From NCBI RefSeq assembly GCF_004010195.1, contig NC_057750.1:10894601-10919785 (forward strand): DNA of 25,185 nucleotides. The letters are read 5' to 3'. The DNA is from Chiloscyllium plagiosum. Its lineage: Eukaryota. The notes beneath the pieces were generated by a model. The model was not told where the DNA came from. It was given only the letters and a program-made list of their open reading frames with translations, and ran no database searches. The translations under genes and the position numbers were made by a program. Shown in pieces: positions 20,928 through 25,185 of the stretch (its first letter is position 1; each line of letters begins with the position of its first letter).

Positions 20928-21730
20928 GTTTTGCTTTTTAATTTAGCCCCTAGCTGCTCATATTTCCCCAGCAGAACCTCTTTCCTCTTCCTACCTATAT
21001 CATCAGTACCTACGTGGACCACAACAAGTGGATCTTTCCCCTCCCGCCTTCCCCAATACTGTTGTTATTATCCCATAAATTTGAATCTGTTTCTCACAAA
21101 CCAATCTTTGAGCTATGTATTTTCCTCTTTAATCTTGTTGGCCTTGTGCCAATCAGCTTATGCCTCAGGTAATAATCTGGAGATTATTACATTTTTGGTT
21201 CTGCTTTTTAATTTAGCCACTAGCTGCTCATATTCTCTCAGCAGAACCTCTCTACCTATATCGTTGGGACCTATGTGGACCATAACAACTGGATCTTTCT
21301 CCTCCCACTCCAAGTTCCTCTACAGCTCAGATGAGATATCCTGAACCCAGGCACAGGGCAGTCAACACAGCCTTTGGGAACCTGAATCCAGAAAATGTGT
21401 CTATTCCCCTGACTATGCCACCAATTACAACTATATTTCTCTTTTGTCTCCTCACTTGAATGGTTCCCAGTACCATGGTGCTATAGCCAATTTGCTCACC
21501 TTTCCTATAGCCCCCCACTTTCATCCCCACAGAGAGCAAGAATTCAAACCTGTTGGGTGAGTTTCAGGGCTGAGGATCCTTCAGTATGAAGGGCTTTTGC
21601 CTGAAATGTCGATTTTGCTGAAGCTCCTCGGATGCTGCCTGAACTGCTATGCTCTTCCAGCACCATTGATCCAGGATCCTTCAGTATTACCTGCTGGACC
21701 CCTCTACCTGTCTTGTTCATGGTCACACCT
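20928..21730 (-). mobile_element. CR1 ORF1 (SGNH/GDSL esterase) remnants, partly duplicated and interrupted by an insertion
   Basis: RNIVVIGGIVRGIDT, WVQDISSEL*RNLEWEEKDPVVMVHIGPNDIGR; second copy KDPLVVVHVGTDDIGR at ~20928-21045. Confidence 0.75.
21588..21672 (+). mobile_element. Truncated Penelope-derived element with a 15-bp flanking duplication
   Basis: gaagggcttttgcctgaaatgtcgattttgctgaagctcctcggatgctgcctgaactgct; aggatccttcagtat at 21573-21587 and 21673-21687. Confidence 0.8.
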
Positions 21731-21834
21731 TCAGTTTACATAATGTACATGACTAGCTTCGTCTGAACAGTATGAGACTTGTAATGTCAGGGTTATAAGT
21801 ACAAGACCTGCGTTGAGCACTGTTGTTTACTTTA

Positions 21835-23060
21835 GGGATGTTGTGGTACAGTGGTAGTGTCTTCACCTCTGAGGTAGGAGGCCTAGGTTCAAGTCCCACC
21901 CACCCTGGATCTGTGACATAATCTGTCTGAATAACTTGATTAAAATAGCTATATTTGTATAAGCAGCCTTACTAGTTAGACTGTTGCAAGGTGGCTCCCA
22001 GGAGTATTATAAAACGAAATGCAACACCCAGCCATGTAAGAGATGTTTGATTAAGTGACCAAACAGTTGGTCAAAGAGAGTCTTCAATGAAGAAAGCGAG
22101 GTAGGGAGGTGTAGCTAGGCAGATTGGGGCCCAAGCAACTGAAGGCAAATCAGCTACAGGATAATGCTGAGATAAGGATCAGGTCTTGAAGGGGGACTAA
22201 AAACAAGGTAGAAACCAACGTACATCGGAATGCAAAGGGGTGATATAGGAATGGGTTTTGTTGTGAGTTAGGACACAGGCAACTGAGATTTGGATAACTT
22301 CAAGTTTACAGAGGTTAGAATGTAGGAACCTGGCTGCGTGTTTGTTCGAATAGTTGAGGCAAGAGGTCATAAATTCTTGGATGAGGGTTTCAGCAGCAAA
22401 TCAGTTTGAATGGGGCAATGTCAGGCAATGTCCTGGAGGCAGAAACAGCCGGTCCTAAGATAGCAAAACGATGACAGCGAAAGCTCGTCTCAGGATCAAA
22501 TATGATGCCAAGGTTGCAAACAGACTGGCTCCATCTTAGATGTTGCCTGGAAGCAAAGGATGAATATTCAACATCATGGATCCATTCCCAAATTATGGAT
22601 TATTTCCCACCACCCATGTTCCATTATTGATTATAATTTAGCTCAGCTCCTTGATGATCCTAAACATCAGAAGCCTGCATTTATATAGCACCTTCATAAT
22701 AGCATGACACTATCACCTCTGTGATCGTTGACCTACATTGGCTTCCAGTCAAGAAAATTCTCACCCTTGTTTTCAAATCCCTCTAGGACCTCCACCCGAA
22801 CACACTGTAGTCCTCCAGCTGATTGTCTTCCTTTGCCTGGACCCTGAAATGTGCAGGACGTATCCTGACTTGACCAATACTTGACCTCAAGAAACAGAAG
22901 AAGATACTCAAGCAGAAGATTAAAAGCCTAGGCAAAGAGGTTGGCTTTTTAAGGAGTGTCCTTAAGGTAGTGAGGGAATACCAGCTGATGGCATGGCCAT
23001 CAGTGGCAGAGCAATCGAAATAGTAGATGTTCAAGAGTCCAGAATTAGAATTAGTGGAAT
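21835..23060. mobile_element. Mosaic: tRNA-SINE head (+, 21835-21945), L2-like 3' region (-, ~21955-22560 and ~22900-23060) and L2 ORF2 piece (+, ~22705-22795)
   Basis: gtggtacagtggtagtgtcttcacctctgag...ggttcaagtcccac; ITSVIVDLHWLPVK motif; tgaccaaacagttggtcaaagag and ggatgagggtttcagcagca segments. Confidence 0.6.
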
Positions 23061-23869
23061 TAGACATATAGAAACCAAAATAGTGACCAGATTCTCATCT
23101 GTCTTATTGTGTGTGCAATAACGTACAAGACAGCTCCACTCCTACCTCTTTCAACCCTTGGCCATGAACTGCACCAAAACTGCTTAGTGTTTTAATCAGG
23201 GGATGGTTTTAGTCAACTCATGCATAGATAATATTCATTAATAGAATATCACATCCAATGAATTATTGAGGAATGAACAAGGATGCATGGAACTCCTTAG
23301 TGACTCCGTAGATACAAGTTACACTGCACTGTTTTAAATGGCAAACTCATCTGGAGATTTCCGAGAAGGATAGTCATGGATCAATTGCAACGATGTGTAA
23401 TTGGAGTTTGCCCAATGATCATCAGTGGGGTTCAACACGAATATCTAGCTTGAGAATTTCTTTAATAGCTTTGTGCTTTCAGGCATTGTCCCTGAAGAGC
23501 ATGTGGACTACACTGAGTCTCATCTGGCCGAGTGCCAACATAACCAGCCCTCTCAGCAGCCATGAGCTCCTGAAGGGGATTGCTTCAGTGCACAGATAGT
23601 GTAGCAGTGTACTTTATTCACAGTAGACTTCAACAGTGTTAAAGCAATTTGATGCAGTTATTACCTGGAAAATAATGACTGATTGGTAAAGCATCCAGTT
23701 AATTAGGAAACTGTTCAATGGTTAATCAACAAACACTCATCAAGCTGTATTAGGTGTGCTGATTATTTTTGTTTTCCAGCAGCTATATTCTGTTTCAGTA
23801 CCGGAGGACGCCATTCACACCATCACATTTGTGCTAGCTATTTGCAAGAACAACTTGTCTACATTCACT

Positions 23870-24447
23870 CCCACATAGCCAGCAAATGTTCCCATCAGGA
23901 TATTGGTCATTTTCCAGTTCATGTGAAACCCATTTTGAACAGGTCTTTTCTGTTCCAGAAGAGATCCCAATGAACTGAGAAACTGAATCCTTGCACAATG
24001 CACCACCTCCTCAACCATTGATTTATCTCCCCTATCCTTTTATTCCTTTCCTCATTAGAACTTGGCACTGGAGATTATTACTTTTCTGTTTTCTTAATCT
24101 GCTCCCTAACCTCTTATGTTCACTCTGCAAAGCTTTAACCCTTTCCCTGACTATGTCATTCCTGCCGACATGTCCAAAAACTTCTGGCTTCTTACTTTCC
24201 CCTTTGACAATATGCTTCAAAAGTTTTGAGATGTTCTGAATTCTAGCACCTGGAAGGCAACATACTCTCTTGGATTCATGCTCACTGCCACAGAATCTCC
24301 TGTCTGTGTCCTTGGCAGGAGAATTCCCTATAACAAGTATTCTTTTAAATCTTGATAAACCCCGTTTAACATAAGGTTCATTCTCAGTGCCCGAGATCTG
24401 ACTGCCACATATATTTTCCTCTGAGAGATGATTTATTTCAACAGTGC
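23870..24447 (-). mobile_element. CR1 ORF1 SGNH-esterase remnant with frameshifts
   Basis: KRILVIGNS...DRRFCG...RVCCLPGARIQNI...GHVGRNDI; then, in shifted frames, NKRIGEINQWLRRWC...GF, HWDLFWNRKDLFK and GFHMNWKMTNILMGTFA. Confidence 0.8.
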
Positions 24448-24708
24448 CTTTTGCTGGATTTGCAAATTTCAACTCTGCAAAGGTCAACGTTGAGTCATCT
24501 GGCTCTCCCAGATCACTTTCAGCCTCTCCCATTCCCTGATTCGAAGTTAATGCAGTTTTGTCATTTCGGAATGTGGAATGTCTGGCACATACTGTAAATG
24601 TATTTAAGGGGAAAATGCAAAACCCATGAGGGCGCTCCTCATTCAACATTTCTCCATTAACATTTTCTCATTTTAGCACTATTTAAAAAAATGTCCTTTC
24701 CTCACAAT

Positions 24709-25185
24709 ATAGAGTCACAGAGATGTACAGCATGGAAACAGACCCTTCGGTCCAACCTGTCCCCGCCAACCAGATATCCCAACCCAATCTAGTCCCACCT
24801 GCCAGCACCCAGCCCATATCCCTCCAAATCCTTCCTATTCATATACCCATCCAAATGCCTTTTAAATGTTGCAATTGTACCAGCCTCCACCACATCCTCT
24901 GGCAGCTCATTCCATACATGTACCACTCTCTGCGTGAAAAAGTTGCCCCGAGGTCTCTTTTATATCTTTCCCTGACCCCAGAGAAAAGACTTTGTCTATT
25001 TATCCTATCCATGTCCCTCATAATTTTGTAAACCTCTCTAAGGTCACTCTTCAACCTCCGACGCTCCAGGGAAAACAGCCCCAGCCTGTTCAGCCTCTCC
25101 CTGTAGCTCAGATCCTCCAACCCTGGCAACGTCCTTGTAAATCTTTTCTGAACCCTTTCAAGTTTCACAACATCTTTCCAATAGG
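24709..25185 (-). mobile_element. CR1/HER1-type LINE 3' end, relatively young, running off the window
   Basis: KLERVQKRFTRTLPGLEDLSYRERLNRLGLFSLERRRLKSDLREVYKIMR; 3' tail ggaccgaagggtctgtttccatgctgtacatctctgtgactctat resembles the HE1-like SINE tails. Confidence 0.92.

Noticed and set aside
1290..21945. tRNA genes at the ggttcaa(a/g/t)tccc motifs
   Set aside because: These are B-box remnants of SINE heads continuing into SINE bodies; no complete cloverleaf seen.
23870..24447. Domesticated intact SGNH esterase gene
   Set aside because: Multiple frameshifts and an altered GDS motif; it matches CR1 ORF1 organisation.

Overview
Eukaryotic, repeat-rich genomic DNA, very probably from a shark or other elasmobranch, judging by the HE1/V-SINE-like SINEs, shark-type CR1, L2, RTE and Penelope-derived repeats, and an ~70-bp shark-type satellite. 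The only confidently identifiable gene is B9D2, a ciliary transition-zone B9-domain protein, on the minus strand. Its three coding exons (17496-17409, 15535-15410, 10718-10405; 88+126+314 = 528 nt) have canonical GT-AG sites and splice into an intact 175-aa protein. A non-coding first exon lies further upstream and is not located; it may be in or near the 500-N gap at 19310-19809. The rest is mostly decayed retroelements, several nested with target-site duplications (TSDs), plus two minisatellites. The most interesting signal is a set of Penelope-type minimal hammerhead-ribozyme motifs. One copy (16697-16732) has an intact catalytic core, is in sense orientation in a B9D2 intron, and faces an inverted, core-mutated copy. 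I found no convincing wholly new multi-gene system. Repeat boundaries and family names are from by-eye recognition and are approximate.
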